Assembly (NCBI GenBank): GCA_040377305.1
Contig: JBEIPA010000007.1
Span: 64,001-128,000, forward strand
Reading direction: 5' to 3'
Length of the DNA: 64,000 bases
Source of the DNA: Flavobacteriales bacterium
Lineage (GTDB): Bacteria > Bacteroidota > Bacteroidia > Palsa-965
Shown here: one piece after another, positions 8,983-18,819 of the stretch
Layout of the letters: each line of letters opens with the position of its first letter
How positions within the stretch are numbered: position 1 is the first letter of the stretch
The notes under the pieces: model-generated
Told to the model about the DNA's origin: nothing
The model's input: only the letters and a program-made list of their open reading frames with translations
The model's database searches: none
Position numbers and translations under genes: made by a program

Positions 8983-9978
8983 GTGAAGAAGAAATCCGTT
9001 CAGATACTCCAGTTCATTATTTTCTTCGGACTCGGAGGTGGACTGATGTACTGGCAGTTCAGCGGATTTACTGACGAAGAACGTGAAGCTTTCTATAAAG
9101 GCCTTCGCAATGCAAATTATTATTGGTTTGCCATTGCTGTACTGATTGGAATGCTTGCGCACCTGTTGCGTGCCATACGGTGGCAGATGTTGCTTACGCC
9201 TCTCGGCCACAAAGCTGGATTAGGCACACGCTTTTACGCTGTGCTGCTCGGCTATCTCGCAAACTATGCTTTTCCGCGATTGGGTGAAGTTGTTCGTCCA
9301 AGTGTATTGACAGTAAGCGATAATGTTCCGCTATCAGAATCTTTTGGGACTGTTGTTGTAGAACGCATTGTGGATATGCTTTGCCTCGGTGTGATTTTTC
9401 TGTTTGTGCTGGTGTTACAGTTTGCGGAGCTCCAGGGAATTTTCTTTGAGTACGTTTGGGATCCTGCAATGATCAAGCTTGACGGCTTGAGCGAAAGTCC
9501 ATTGAAGATCGGTTTGCTTGCGTTTACCGTTGCTGTACTCATCGGAGGCTTCTTGTTTATTCGCCACAGAGTAAAAGGAAAGGCGAAGGCATTTTTCGTA
9601 GGACTGAAAGACGGAATTCTTTCTGTGCGCAAAGTGAAGAACCCGGTTTTGTTCATTACACAATCGTTGCTGATTTGGTTCTGCTATTATCTCGCATTGT
9701 ATGTTGTGTTTTTCTGTTTCCCGGAAACATCTTCGCTCACGATGAACAATGCATTGATCCTGGTTCTGTTCGGAACATTCGGTGTTGCATTCACGCCGGG
9801 TGGAATAGGAGCATACCAGATTATCATCACCGCCATTCTGATTGATATTGCACCCGAATCTACACCAGCAGCAGCGTCATTCGCATGGCTTTCCTGGGGT
9901 GCGCAAGTAGCAACCGTTCTTATATTTACCGGACTAGCATTTGCGTTACGTCCTGTACTTAACAAGCTGTCCAAATGA
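8983..9978 (+). CDS. Lysylphosphatidylglycerol synthase TM-domain (UPF0104) protein
   Basis: LRAIRWQ, GYLANYAFPRLGEVVR, GTVVVERIVD, TPGGIGAY motifs. Confidence 0.9.
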   Translation: MKKKSVQILQFIIFFGLGGGLMYWQFSGFTDEEREAFYKGLRNANYYWFAIAVLIGMLAHLLRAIRWQMLLTPLGHKAGLGTRFYAVLLGYLANYAFPRLGEVVRPSVLTVSDNVPLSESFGTVVVERIVDMLCLGVIFLFVLVLQFAELQGIFFEYVWDPAMIKLDGLSESPLKIGLLAFTVAVLIGGFLFIRHRVKGKAKAFFVGLKDGILSVRKVKNPVLFITQSLLIWFCYYLALYVVFFCFPETSSLTMNNALILVLFGTFGVAFTPGGIGAYQIIITAILIDIAPESTPAAASFAWLSWGAQVATVLIFTGLAFALRPVLNKLSK

Positions 9979-10466
9979 GTGCACTCGATCACGTGAAAGC
10001 AAAAATTCAGACGAAGGAAACACTTCGTTACTTTTTGAATTCACAGCAATTCTTCGGAAGAAAGATTGTGTTCACAAATGGTGTTTTCGATCTCATGCAT
10101 TTGGGTCACGCCGATTACCTGAGCAAAGCAAAAGATTGCGGACACATTCTCGTTGTAGGAATGAACAGCGATGCGTCTGTGAAAATGCTCAACAAAGGTG
10201 ATTCACGTCCACTTCAGGATCAGACATCGCGCTCTACAGTTCTTGCCTCATTACAGTTTGTAGATTACGTCGTGATCTTCGATGACGAGACACCTTACGA
10301 GCTCATAAAATTTCTGCAACCCGATGTTTTGGTGAAAGGCGCCGATTACAAAGTAGAACAAATCGCCGGTCACGACATCGTGCTGGCACGAGGAGGAGAA
10401 GTGAAGCTGATTGAATTGGTGCAGGGATATTCGACTACTGCGATTGAGAAAAAAATCAAAGGCTGA
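9975..10466 (+). CDS. rfaE2: D-glycero-beta-D-manno-heptose 1-phosphate adenylyltransferase (RfaE domain II)
   Basis: VFTNGVFDLMHLGH, NSDASV, LVKGADY, YSTT. Confidence 0.9.
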   Translation: MSALDHVKAKIQTKETLRYFLNSQQFFGRKIVFTNGVFDLMHLGHADYLSKAKDCGHILVVGMNSDASVKMLNKGDSRPLQDQTSRSTVLASLQFVDYVVIFDDETPYELIKFLQPDVLVKGADYKVEQIAGHDIVLARGGEVKLIELVQGYSTTAIEKKIKG

Positions 10467-10750
10467 TGCACCACGTCTTCAACATCGGCGTAACCGAAAT
10501 TCACCAGGTCGACATTCGCTTCGATCAGTTCTGGGGCAAGTTCCAGATTTTGGTTGATGGAATTGTTGCCATTGATCGTCTATTCATTTTCGATTTCAGC
10601 GTTTCCCGCGATTTTGATTTGTGGGTTGGCATTCACGAAAAGCATCACGTGCGCATCAACAAAACACGTCCGGTCTTCTTCGCCGGATTTCAGCCGCATA
10701 CTTATGCTATTCACATTGATGGGGTGGTAGTGAATAAGTTTGATGCGTAA
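10466..10750 (+). CDS. Hypothetical 94-aa beta-rich protein with an internal two-fold repeat
   Basis: TGATG stop/start overlap with rfaE2. Repeat IGVTEIHQVDI...ILVDG versus VGIHEKHHVRI...IHIDG. Confidence 0.7.
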   Translation: MHHVFNIGVTEIHQVDIRFDQFWGKFQILVDGIVAIDRLFIFDFSVSRDFDLWVGIHEKHHVRINKTRPVFFAGFQPHTYAIHIDGVVVNKFDA

Positions 10751-10762
10751 ATCGAGGCTTCA

Positions 10763-11286
10763 AAAAGGGAACACGGGAAAAAACGGAAACGGCTGAAAAA
10801 ACACTGATTAAAGTGTTGATTCAACCGGCTTCAAATTTCGATTATGTTTTCGGTCATTTGTGAAAAGTATTCTTCTGAATTGAGGTTTCTCCCCGAAGTT
10901 TAAAACATAACCCAGTTCAATATCGGTTGCTCGTAAGTAGTTAAACAATTGAGTTTCGAATTCCGTTACAATACATGAAGCTGCTTTGAGTTCCAGGATT
11001 ATGGATTCTGCGACAATTATATCTGCATAATAGTCACCCACCTTTTCTGCTTCATAGTAAACTGATATCTGTTTCTGTTTTTCGCAATGCAATCCTAGTT
11101 TTCGAAATTCGATCAATAACGAGTTCTCATATACTTTCTCGGAGAATCCGTAACCCATTTTGTTATAAACGTTGTAAAATCCCTTCAAAATTTTATCTGT
11201 CGTGTCTTTGTGTAAGAGTTCCATGATCATTCATATTAAAATCCGTAATTAATCTGTCGTTTCCGTTTTTTTCAGTGTTCCATTTT
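10763..11286. repeat. 34-bp imperfect inverted repeats bounding the GxxExxY gene
   Basis: 10763-10796 versus the reverse complement of 11253-11286: 29/34 identical. Confidence 0.75.
10808..11230 (-). CDS. GxxExxY family protein (PD-(D/E)xK nuclease-like)
   Basis: GYGFSEKVYEN, YADIIV..IILELKA, QLFNYLRAT..GYVLNFG. AT-rich relative to its neighbours. Confidence 0.93.
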   Translation of the reverse strand: MIMELLHKDTTDKILKGFYNVYNKMGYGFSEKVYENSLLIEFRKLGLHCEKQKQISVYYEAEKVGDYYADIIVAESIILELKAASCIVTEFETQLFNYLRATDIELGYVLNFGEKPQFRRILFTNDRKHNRNLKPVESTL

Positions 11287-12656
11287 TAACCAAAGAGCCC
11301 ACTAAACACCTCCTCGATCTTCCCGCACATCTTCAATCTTATAGCATAAGCATCCTGCTTCAATCCTTTGTGAAATTTGGAGATGTAAATTTCTTTGAAG
11401 CCCAATTTTTCTGCTTCTGAAATTCGTTGTTCGATTCTTGTAACCGGACGAATTTCTCCACTCAAACCAACTTCAGCAGCAAAGCAAATTCCATGTGATA
11501 TGGGAATATCAGCATTCGAAGAAAGTACCGCACAAACCACAGCGAGATCAATTCCGGGGTCTTCTACTTTCAGCCCTCCAGCGATATTTAAGAAAACATC
11601 TTTTGCACCGAGGCGAAATCCGCAACGCTTTTCCAGTACTGCCAACAACATTCCCAATCGACGCAGATCAAATCCGGTTGAAGAACGTTGTGGTGTTCCG
11701 TACGCTGCAGAACTTACGAGTGCCTGTGTTTCAATCAGCATGGGACGCATTCCTTCCATCAGCACTGCAATCGAAACTCCGCTTACCGGTTCTTCCCTCG
11801 ATGTAACGAGAATTTCCGAAGGATTACTCACTTCACGCAAACCGCTTCCTTGCATTTCGTAAATGCCGAGTTCATTCGTAGAGCCAAAACGATTTTTCGT
11901 TGTGCGCAACAAACGATACACGTGATTTCGGTCTCCTTCGAACTGCAATACGGTATCAACCATGTGCTCCAGCACTTTCGGTCCGGCTATGGAACCGTCT
12001 TTCGTAATGTGACCGATCAGAAACACCGGTACATTATTTTCTTTAGCGTAACGCAACATTTCTCCTGCACACTCCCGCACTTGTGAAACACTTCCTGGTG
12101 ACGATTCAACACTCGCCGTATGCAAGGTCTGAATCGAATCAATGATCATCAACTGCGGTTGTATTGCAGCAGCCTGCTGAAAAATATTAGTCGTGTTGGT
12201 CTCGGTGAGTATGAAGCAGTCGGTGTTCTTGATTCCGATTCGCTCTGCCCGCATTCTGATCTGCTGTTCGCTCTCTTCACCGGATACATACAGCACACGC
12301 ATTTTAACCTGCGTCGCAATCTGCAACATGAGTGTTGACTTTCCAATGCCCGGTTCACCACCGAACAGCACCAGCGATCCTGGAACAAGTCCACCACCGA
12401 GTACGCGCGTTAGTTCTTTATCGTAGAGAGGAACGCGATGTTCTTCACCCGCAGTGATTTCATCGAGCTTTAGTGGTTTTACAGAACGTCCGTTTGAACG
12501 GGAAAACGGAGAAGATCGTGGATCATCATTCTTCTTAACGATTTCCTCGACGTAGGTATTCCACTCATTACAGGAATTACATTTCCCCACCCATTTTGGA
12601 GAGCTCGATCCGCAGTTCTGACAGAAATATTGAGTTTTGATTTTTGCAACAGCCAT
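11286..12656 (-). CDS. radA: DNA repair protein RadA/Sms
   Basis: C4 zinc finger, GEPGIGKST Walker A, KNRFG motif, Lon-like C-terminus. Confidence 0.97.
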   Translation of the reverse strand: MAVAKIKTQYFCQNCGSSSPKWVGKCNSCNEWNTYVEEIVKKNDDPRSSPFSRSNGRSVKPLKLDEITAGEEHRVPLYDKELTRVLGGGLVPGSLVLFGGEPGIGKSTLMLQIATQVKMRVLYVSGEESEQQIRMRAERIGIKNTDCFILTETNTTNIFQQAAAIQPQLMIIDSIQTLHTASVESSPGSVSQVRECAGEMLRYAKENNVPVFLIGHITKDGSIAGPKVLEHMVDTVLQFEGDRNHVYRLLRTTKNRFGSTNELGIYEMQGSGLREVSNPSEILVTSREEPVSGVSIAVLMEGMRPMLIETQALVSSAAYGTPQRSSTGFDLRRLGMLLAVLEKRCGFRLGAKDVFLNIAGGLKVEDPGIDLAVVCAVLSSNADIPISHGICFAAEVGLSGEIRPVTRIEQRISEAEKLGFKEIYISKFHKGLKQDAYAIRLKMCGKIEEVFSGLFG

Positions 12657-12768
12657 AACATCACAATTATTGATGTTACAAAGCTATGGTGCGAAAAACT
12701 AGCGTGCTTGGAAAACTAAAAAATTTAGCCAGCCGTCGCTTGAGAATAGTAATAGTCTGATTAGCAGA

Positions 12769-14166
12769 CTACGCAATAACCGGCATCTCCTTCGGAAACT
12801 CCATTCCCTCCAACACTCTCCATCCACCTCTCACATTCACAAGGTTCGTGTAGCCTTGCTGCTTGAGAATTGAAATTGCGATTACGGAACGGTACCCACC
12901 TGCGCAGTGAACGTAGTGCGGTTCGTTCTTGTCGACTTGAGCTGCAGCTTTCTCCGGATTATTGAACTGGCTCAGGCAAAGATGTTGTGCACCGTGCGCG
13001 TGACCGTTGTCCCATTCGCCGGGGCGACGAACATCAATAACGTGATCGTGTTTTGATTTGTTCATCTCCGCAACAAAAACTTCCGGATCTACTGAAGTCA
13101 TGGTGTCAGTTGGTAAACCTGCTTTCGTCCACGAATCAATTCCACCTTCGAGATAGCCCAGTACATTTTCGTAACCAACACGTGCGAGACGAAGAATTGC
13201 TTCTTCTTCACGACCTGCAGTTGCAACAATCACAAGTTTCACATTGATGTCGATGAGTGTTCCCACCCACACGGCGTATGTTCCGTCGAGACCAATGAAC
13301 GTTGATCCCGGAATAAATCCTTTTTCAAATTCTCCGGCAGTACGCGTATCGAGAACAAGTGCGCCCGCTTCGATTGCTGATTTTACTTTCAGCGCGTCAA
13401 GACCAACTACATTGCGCGCAAGAACGTTGTCGATATTTTCATATCCGTTCTTATTGATCATCGCGTCTTTGAAAAAATATTGCGGAGGTGCAGATAAGCC
13501 AGCAGTTACGGTAGCAATGAATTCATTACGATCTGTAATTTTCATTGCGTAATTCTGTTCTTTCTGTTGTCCGATAGTTGACCACGTTTCTTTGCCGATA
13601 TTTTTGCCGCACGAAGAACCAGGACCGTGAGCAGGATACATCAACACATCATCACCAAGCTTTTTGAGTTTGTTGTTGAGTGAATCAAATAACATTCCTG
13701 CAAGTTCTTCTTTGCTCATCTTTCCGTCGAGCAAATCAGGGCGACCAACATCACCAACGAAAAGTGTATCGCCGGTAAATACCGCGTGCTCTTTTCCGTT
13801 TTCATCAATGAGCAAATAGCAAGCTGATTCCGGTGTATGTCCCGGAGTGTGAAGAACACGAATCGTGATTTTTCCAACTTTGAATTCCTGTCCGTCTTTC
13901 GCATTAATCACAGCGTACTTTGTATCGGCACCAGGTCCGTAAATAATATCGGCACCTGTAGCTTTCGACAGATCGATGTGACCTGAAACGAAGTCGGCGT
14001 GGAAATGCGTTTCGAAAATATATTTGATTGTTACACCGCGCTCAGCTGCTTTCGCAATGTAAGGCGTTGTTTCACGAATGGGATCAATCACCACTGCTTC
14101 ACCTTCTGACTCCACCCAATATGCTGCCTCGGCAAGACAATTGGTATACATCTGTTCTACGTACAT
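12769..14166 (-). CDS. MBL-fold hydrolase / persulfide dioxygenase-like domain fused to two rhodanese domains
   Basis: THFHADFVSGH, TPGHTPE, FTGDTLFVGDVGRPDL; C-terminal HCAGGYRS. Confidence 0.9.
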   Translation of the reverse strand: MYVEQMYTNCLAEAAYWVESEGEAVVIDPIRETTPYIAKAAERGVTIKYIFETHFHADFVSGHIDLSKATGADIIYGPGADTKYAVINAKDGQEFKVGKITIRVLHTPGHTPESACYLLIDENGKEHAVFTGDTLFVGDVGRPDLLDGKMSKEELAGMLFDSLNNKLKKLGDDVLMYPAHGPGSSCGKNIGKETWSTIGQQKEQNYAMKITDRNEFIATVTAGLSAPPQYFFKDAMINKNGYENIDNVLARNVVGLDALKVKSAIEAGALVLDTRTAGEFEKGFIPGSTFIGLDGTYAVWVGTLIDINVKLVIVATAGREEEAILRLARVGYENVLGYLEGGIDSWTKAGLPTDTMTSVDPEVFVAEMNKSKHDHVIDVRRPGEWDNGHAHGAQHLCLSQFNNPEKAAAQVDKNEPHYVHCAGGYRSVIAISILKQQGYTNLVNVRGGWRVLEGMEFPKEMPVIA

Positions 14167-14381
14167 ACTGCTCTCGGTTATCTCGTTGACGGAGTAGATT
14201 TGTTCTCCCGCGCCGATTCAATTTCGACGCGTCTCCGTGACCACAAAGATACGGAGTTGGGTTGTGATGGTGCCGGACAGGAGCATGACACGGATTAGCC
14301 AAAAATGACTAACTCTACGCGGTTTTTAGCCTGAATCGCGACTATTTCGCGAAAAACGGGTTAGTATTTACATTTGACGAT

Positions 14382-14810
14382 ATGAAATTGACTGTGCATC
14401 GTTGCCTGAAGAAGCCCGGATTGATCATTCGCGCGAAGACTTATTTTCTGGAATTGAATTCGCGTGGACTCTACATCATTGCGCTTGGAAATGCAGCGAT
14501 GATGCCACCACCACGTAGTGTTGTGCACGAAGTGGTTGGTAAAGCAGCATACAATCATTTCGATAAAAAGTACGAAGCTGAAATTCTTGCGAATGAACAG
14601 AAAATTCAACTTGGACAACTTGATGATCTTGCGTCGGCAAAATATTCCTACTTCTTAAGAAAAGAAGAAGTACAGGAGTTCAAAGTGAGTTCATTTCACG
14701 ATGCGGTTCGTATGGATATCAAAGGCGGGAAGGTGAAGATTACTTTGTTTGCACATCCGGAATATGGAAACGTAGTTACAGAAATAGCAAAGATTCTTGG
14801 TAAGATTTAG
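14382..14810 (+). CDS. Hypothetical protein (142 aa)
   Basis: Clean ORF with TACATTTG -7 box immediately upstream. No family recognised. Confidence 0.75.
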   Translation: MKLTVHRCLKKPGLIIRAKTYFLELNSRGLYIIALGNAAMMPPPRSVVHEVVGKAAYNHFDKKYEAEILANEQKIQLGQLDDLASAKYSYFLRKEEVQEFKVSSFHDAVRMDIKGGKVKITLFAHPEYGNVVTEIAKILGKI

Positions 14811-14910
14811 GCTAAAGTCGTGAGACCGAGATTGTGGCTTTTTTCTGAGGCCCACGATCACGATGGTCAGAAAACCGCAGAGACGCAAAGTCGCAGAGGA
14901 CCGCAAAGAA

Positions 14911-15870
14911 CTACATCGCCAGTTTGGTGATAGCGATAAAGGAAAGTACGCTGATGAACATCCACAGCAGTACACCGAGTGCAAGCGGACGCCATCCAAC
15001 AGCTTTGATTTCGGCCATTGATAATCCGGCGCCAATGAGGAAGAGCGTAACCGACAATCCGATTTTGGAAATATGGAATAGGGTGGTGCTGTGTTCCTGA
15101 ATGAAAGGGACTAATGTGTTCAACACCATGGCAACCACGAACAAGAGAATGAACCACGGCATTTTCATTTTCTGTTTTCCTCCGGTTTCACGCCTGAAGA
15201 AATACGAAATGATAATTGTCAGTGGAATAATCCAGAGTGCGCGTGCAAGTTTTACTGTTGTAGCAATATGTAGTGTGTCTTCGCCTCCGTACGCACTTGC
15301 AGCACCAACAACAGAACTCGTATCGTGAATGGCGATGGCTGCCCACAAACCAAATTCTTTTGTGGTGAGATCAAAATAATGTCCGATTGGCGGGAAGATG
15401 ACGAGTGCGAGTGAGTTCAGCAGGAAAATTGTTCCCAACGACACCGACATTTCTTTATCGTTTGCACCAACCACCGGACCGATTGCTGCAATTGCACTTC
15501 CACCACAAATTGCCGTGCCTGATGAAATGAGCGTAGTAGTTTTTTTCTCGATGCCGAGCAATTTACCAATGATCACACCGAGAACAATGGTGAGTCCGAT
15601 TGAGCCGATTGTGAGGAGAATTCCGCTCTTGCCGGCGTCCATCGCCTGGTGAATGTTCATCCCGAAACCCAAACCGACTACGGAAACTTTCAGAAGCAGT
15701 CCGGTCGATTTACTGTTGAGATGAACGAATGGATGTCCGATGAACTGAGCGAAGATCAAGCCAAGGAGTAGTGCAATCGGTGGACTGGAAATCGGCGTGG
15801 TACACACGATGATTGCAATCACGAATAATACCGTGCGGACTGTTGGATGCTTGTCGAAAAGAGATTTCAT
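14911..15870 (-). CDS. YeiH/UPF0324 putative sulfate exporter family membrane protein
   Basis: SGTAICGGSAIAA, FGLWAAIAIHDTSSVVGAA, TVKLARALWIIP. Confidence 0.9.
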   Translation of the reverse strand: MKSLFDKHPTVRTVLFVIAIIVCTTPISSPPIALLLGLIFAQFIGHPFVHLNSKSTGLLLKVSVVGLGFGMNIHQAMDAGKSGILLTIGSIGLTIVLGVIIGKLLGIEKKTTTLISSGTAICGGSAIAAIGPVVGANDKEMSVSLGTIFLLNSLALVIFPPIGHYFDLTTKEFGLWAAIAIHDTSSVVGAASAYGGEDTLHIATTVKLARALWIIPLTIIISYFFRRETGGKQKMKMPWFILLFVVAMVLNTLVPFIQEHSTTLFHISKIGLSVTLFLIGAGLSMAEIKAVGWRPLALGVLLWMFISVLSFIAITKLAM

Positions 15871-15930
15871 AGTTGTGTGCTCAACACAAGCTCCGGGGAA
15901 ATGGAGTACTCAAAGATAATAAAACTCTGA

Positions 15931-16036
15931 AGGGGAATAGGGTATTGGGGGAATGAGGGATTAAGGCCAAACTCAAGTGTTCACCACTAATAGCCTGAAT
16001 TCCCTAATTCCCCATTCCCCAAATCGCGATTCCCTA
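15931..16036. repeat. Short tandem GGGAAT-type repeats arranged as an inverted pair
   Basis: GGGGAATAG/GGGGAATGA/GGGATTA on the left and ATTCCC(T/C)A units on the right, in a divergent intergenic region. Confidence 0.6.
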
Positions 16037-16046
16037 TATTCGCAAC

Positions 16047-16592
16047 GTGTCTAACTCGCCAACTTTTCCTCTTCATTTTCCCGAGCTAAAAACTGATCGC
16101 ACAAATCTCGTGTGGCTTTCTTCGAAGGATCGTGCATTCATTCACCGGTTGTTCTCTGATAAGCAAGTGCAGGAATTTCGCGGAGCGACGCCTTTCAACA
16201 CGATGGAAGAAGCGGAACACCAGCTTTGGGATTGGAGAAAAAAGTTTGCATCGCAGGAAGGAATTCGCTGGGGAATTTTACACCGCGAAGGACAAACGCT
16301 TATCGGCACTGTTGGATTGAAACACATCGACTACTTACACAAGCGTGCGGAAATCAGTTACGAATTAATTCCTGGCTGGTGGAATCGCGGCATCATGACT
16401 GAAGTGCTCACGAAGATATGTTCGTATGCAATCAACGACTTGCAGTTGCACTCACTCGAAGCCAACATTGATCCGCGACACAATGCATCACGCCGCGTGC
16501 TGGAGAAGCTCGACTTCAAAAACGAAGCGCATTTTCGGGAGAACTGGTTTCACGAAGGCTGGTGGGATTCGAGTATTTGGGTGAAGAGATGA
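16047..16592 (+). CDS. GNAT family (RimJ/RimL-like) N-acetyltransferase
   Basis: GIRWGI, AEISYEL..WWNRGIMTE, N.ASRRVLEKLDF. Confidence 0.9.
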   Translation: MSNSPTFPLHFPELKTDRTNLVWLSSKDRAFIHRLFSDKQVQEFRGATPFNTMEEAEHQLWDWRKKFASQEGIRWGILHREGQTLIGTVGLKHIDYLHKRAEISYELIPGWWNRGIMTEVLTKICSYAINDLQLHSLEANIDPRHNASRRVLEKLDFKNEAHFRENWFHEGWWDSSIWVKR

Positions 16593-16652
16593 TTCGATGA
16601 GTCAGTGATCCGATGATTCGATCGGGCAACCATTCAGTTTAGTCCGCGTCTT

Positions 16653-17453
16653 TTGTGTATGATGCGGTATTCTGCGAAAATACTTTTTGGTGTAATCCTA
16701 TTCATTGGTACAATCGAAGAAAATACTATAAGCGCACAAGTATTCACAACCGGATTGAATGCTACATGGTTGCGACCCACGTTCTCAACATTCCATGGTC
16801 AAATCGACGAAGATGCGTATGCACTTGTTACCAGGTCGCAGTCCATCGACGTTTATGGTGAGTATAGATTTGAGAATGGGTTCGTGATGTCGGCTGATTT
16901 GGGTTGGCAAGAAGAAGGTGTTCTGGTGGGAGTGCAGACGCCATTTACTAGCGGGTTTAACGGCAAGCACTTTCAATCGTATTTCTGTGGAGCACGTGGT
17001 GGTTATAGTTATCATTTCGCTCAATCTCGGTTCTTCGCATTCTTAAATCTTGGTCTCGGATTTGGTTTTAAGAATCAACCTAACGCGACAAAAGAACACG
17101 AGGTGAATATTATACAGAATTGGTATGATCCTCAGTCGGGAAACATGGTGAGTGACACCATGCATTTCGTCACAATCATAATTGATTACGACCAACCTAA
17201 TGTTGACGTTCAATGGCGGGCCTCATTGGGAGCAGAGTACAGGAAGAAACATTTGTATGCACGCGTATACATGGATTTCCGTGGATGGTTTCACAAAATT
17301 GCTGAGATGCAATTTGTTTACGATAGGATTTACAATTTCCAGGAGGATACTCATGTCCCGCCGTTTCATCAGCACTCAACGGGTCACATTATTGCACGTG
17401 CTGCATATTCCGGCTTTGGAGTGGGGTTGGGATGGTATTTTTCGAAAGCTTAG
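16653..17453 (+). CDS. Putative outer-membrane beta-barrel protein
   Basis: Signal peptide, alternating amphipathic strands, C-terminal GFGVGLGWYF. True start may be 16659 or 16662. Confidence 0.6.
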   Translation: MCMMRYSAKILFGVILFIGTIEENTISAQVFTTGLNATWLRPTFSTFHGQIDEDAYALVTRSQSIDVYGEYRFENGFVMSADLGWQEEGVLVGVQTPFTSGFNGKHFQSYFCGARGGYSYHFAQSRFFAFLNLGLGFGFKNQPNATKEHEVNIIQNWYDPQSGNMVSDTMHFVTIIIDYDQPNVDVQWRASLGAEYRKKHLYARVYMDFRGWFHKIAEMQFVYDRIYNFQEDTHVPPFHQHSTGHIIARAAYSGFGVGLGWYFSKA

Positions 17454-17465
17454 TTAAACTTCGCT

Positions 17466-17879
17466 TCACTTCCCGACTACTCCACTTTCATCTGTCGACG
17501 TGTGAAAATCTTTGATCGCCCAATTGAAATGCAAATAAACCACTCCTGCGCTAAGAGGCAACCACGATCCACCGACTACGCCTATGCAACCTACTGCAAT
17601 TAACAGCAGCGCGCATACAAACGCAACTCCACGGAGTAGAATTAAATTCATTGCAGGGTTTCTCTTATTTCTGATTACACCGAGAAATGGTTTAACGGCA
17701 AGGGCACCACATAGCACCACTGGAAAAACAAACACAAGTACAAACACTCCCACAAACGCATAAGGACTACTGTAGGGGGTTCGGTCGTTAAGTATTGCTA
17801 TCCCGAAGTAAAGACCGATCAGAGATGCTGCAATAACTATGGTGCCGGATATGGCCGCCCCGATTCTTTTCATCGTCAA
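17466..17879 (-). CDS. Hypothetical 4-TM membrane protein
   Basis: Four hydrophobic segments; begins 10 bp after the porP-family stop. Confidence 0.6.
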   Translation of the reverse strand: MTMKRIGAAISGTIVIAASLIGLYFGIAILNDRTPYSSPYAFVGVFVLVFVFPVVLCGALAVKPFLGVIRNKRNPAMNLILLRGVAFVCALLLIAVGCIGVVGGSWLPLSAGVVYLHFNWAIKDFHTSTDESGVVGK

Positions 17880-17889
17880 CGGATGATGT

Positions 17890-18807
17890 TCAAAATAGAG
17901 ACTTTGAACCTTCTTTCTTCAACCCATTTGCATTGAATCGCACAGCAATGATCAACTCGTGCGTTCCGGTTGAGTAGTTACCAAGATTTGTCGTTGTGAA
18001 ATCGTACGCGTAGCTCAGTTGCATATCTCTCCAGAGAAAACCAAGGTTCATGGAAATTGCATCGAGGTGACGATAACCTCCGCCAACCCACACTTTGTCT
18101 TTGTAGAATGCACGAACACCAAGATCAAACTGGAACGGAACCGGAGAAACCAATTTACCGAGTGCAGATGCTTCGAGTTTGAAGTCTTCACCAATTGGCT
18201 GACGATACCCCGCCATGAAATAATAGTGACGATTCATCACACTGGTTGTACTCGCTGAGTAATCGAAGAACTTCAGTTTGTTCTGCTGAATCTGAAGGCA
18301 TGATCCTCCAACCCAGAAACGATCGTTGTACAAATAGAATCCTGCAGAGAAATCGGGAACAAGAACAGATTGCAATGCATTCACCAATGTTAAGTCTCCC
18401 GGATCATGCAACGTAATTTTTTGTCCGTCGATCATGAATTGAAGAATTCCTGCATTCACACCCATTGATAAAGTGAGATTCTCTTTCAATGGCGCATGAT
18501 ACGCATACGACATGTAAAATCCGGTTCTGCGTGTTGGACCAACAATGTCAGTGAACAATTGCCCTCCAACACCCATGTGATCCCATTTCAACGGACCATG
18601 CACACTGAGATTATAGGTACGCGGTGCATCTGTAATTCCGCCCCACTGGTAACGATTGGCCGACATGCCCAGGAAGTAAGCTTCTTTTCCTCCAATAGCA
18701 GGATTCATCACATAATCATTCACCATGTATTGACTGAAATGCGGAGTCTGCTGAGCTGATAGAGCCAGAGAACATACGCCTGCAAAAAGTGCGAGTAGTT
18801 TTTTCAT
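17890..18807 (-). CDS. Type IX secretion system PorP/SprF family membrane protein
   Basis: AQQTPHFSQYM..NPAIGG, RYQWGGI..APRT, YAYD...GTHEL. Lies directly downstream of a type-B CTD protein. Confidence 0.93.
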   Translation of the reverse strand: MKKLLALFAGVCSLALSAQQTPHFSQYMVNDYVMNPAIGGKEAYFLGMSANRYQWGGITDAPRTYNLSVHGPLKWDHMGVGGQLFTDIVGPTRRTGFYMSYAYHAPLKENLTLSMGVNAGILQFMIDGQKITLHDPGDLTLVNALQSVLVPDFSAGFYLYNDRFWVGGSCLQIQQNKLKFFDYSASTTSVMNRHYYFMAGYRQPIGEDFKLEASALGKLVSPVPFQFDLGVRAFYKDKVWVGGGYRHLDAISMNLGFLWRDMQLSYAYDFTTTNLGNYSTGTHELIIAVRFNANGLKKEGSKSLF

Positions 18808-18819
18808 GTCTCTGTCTCC

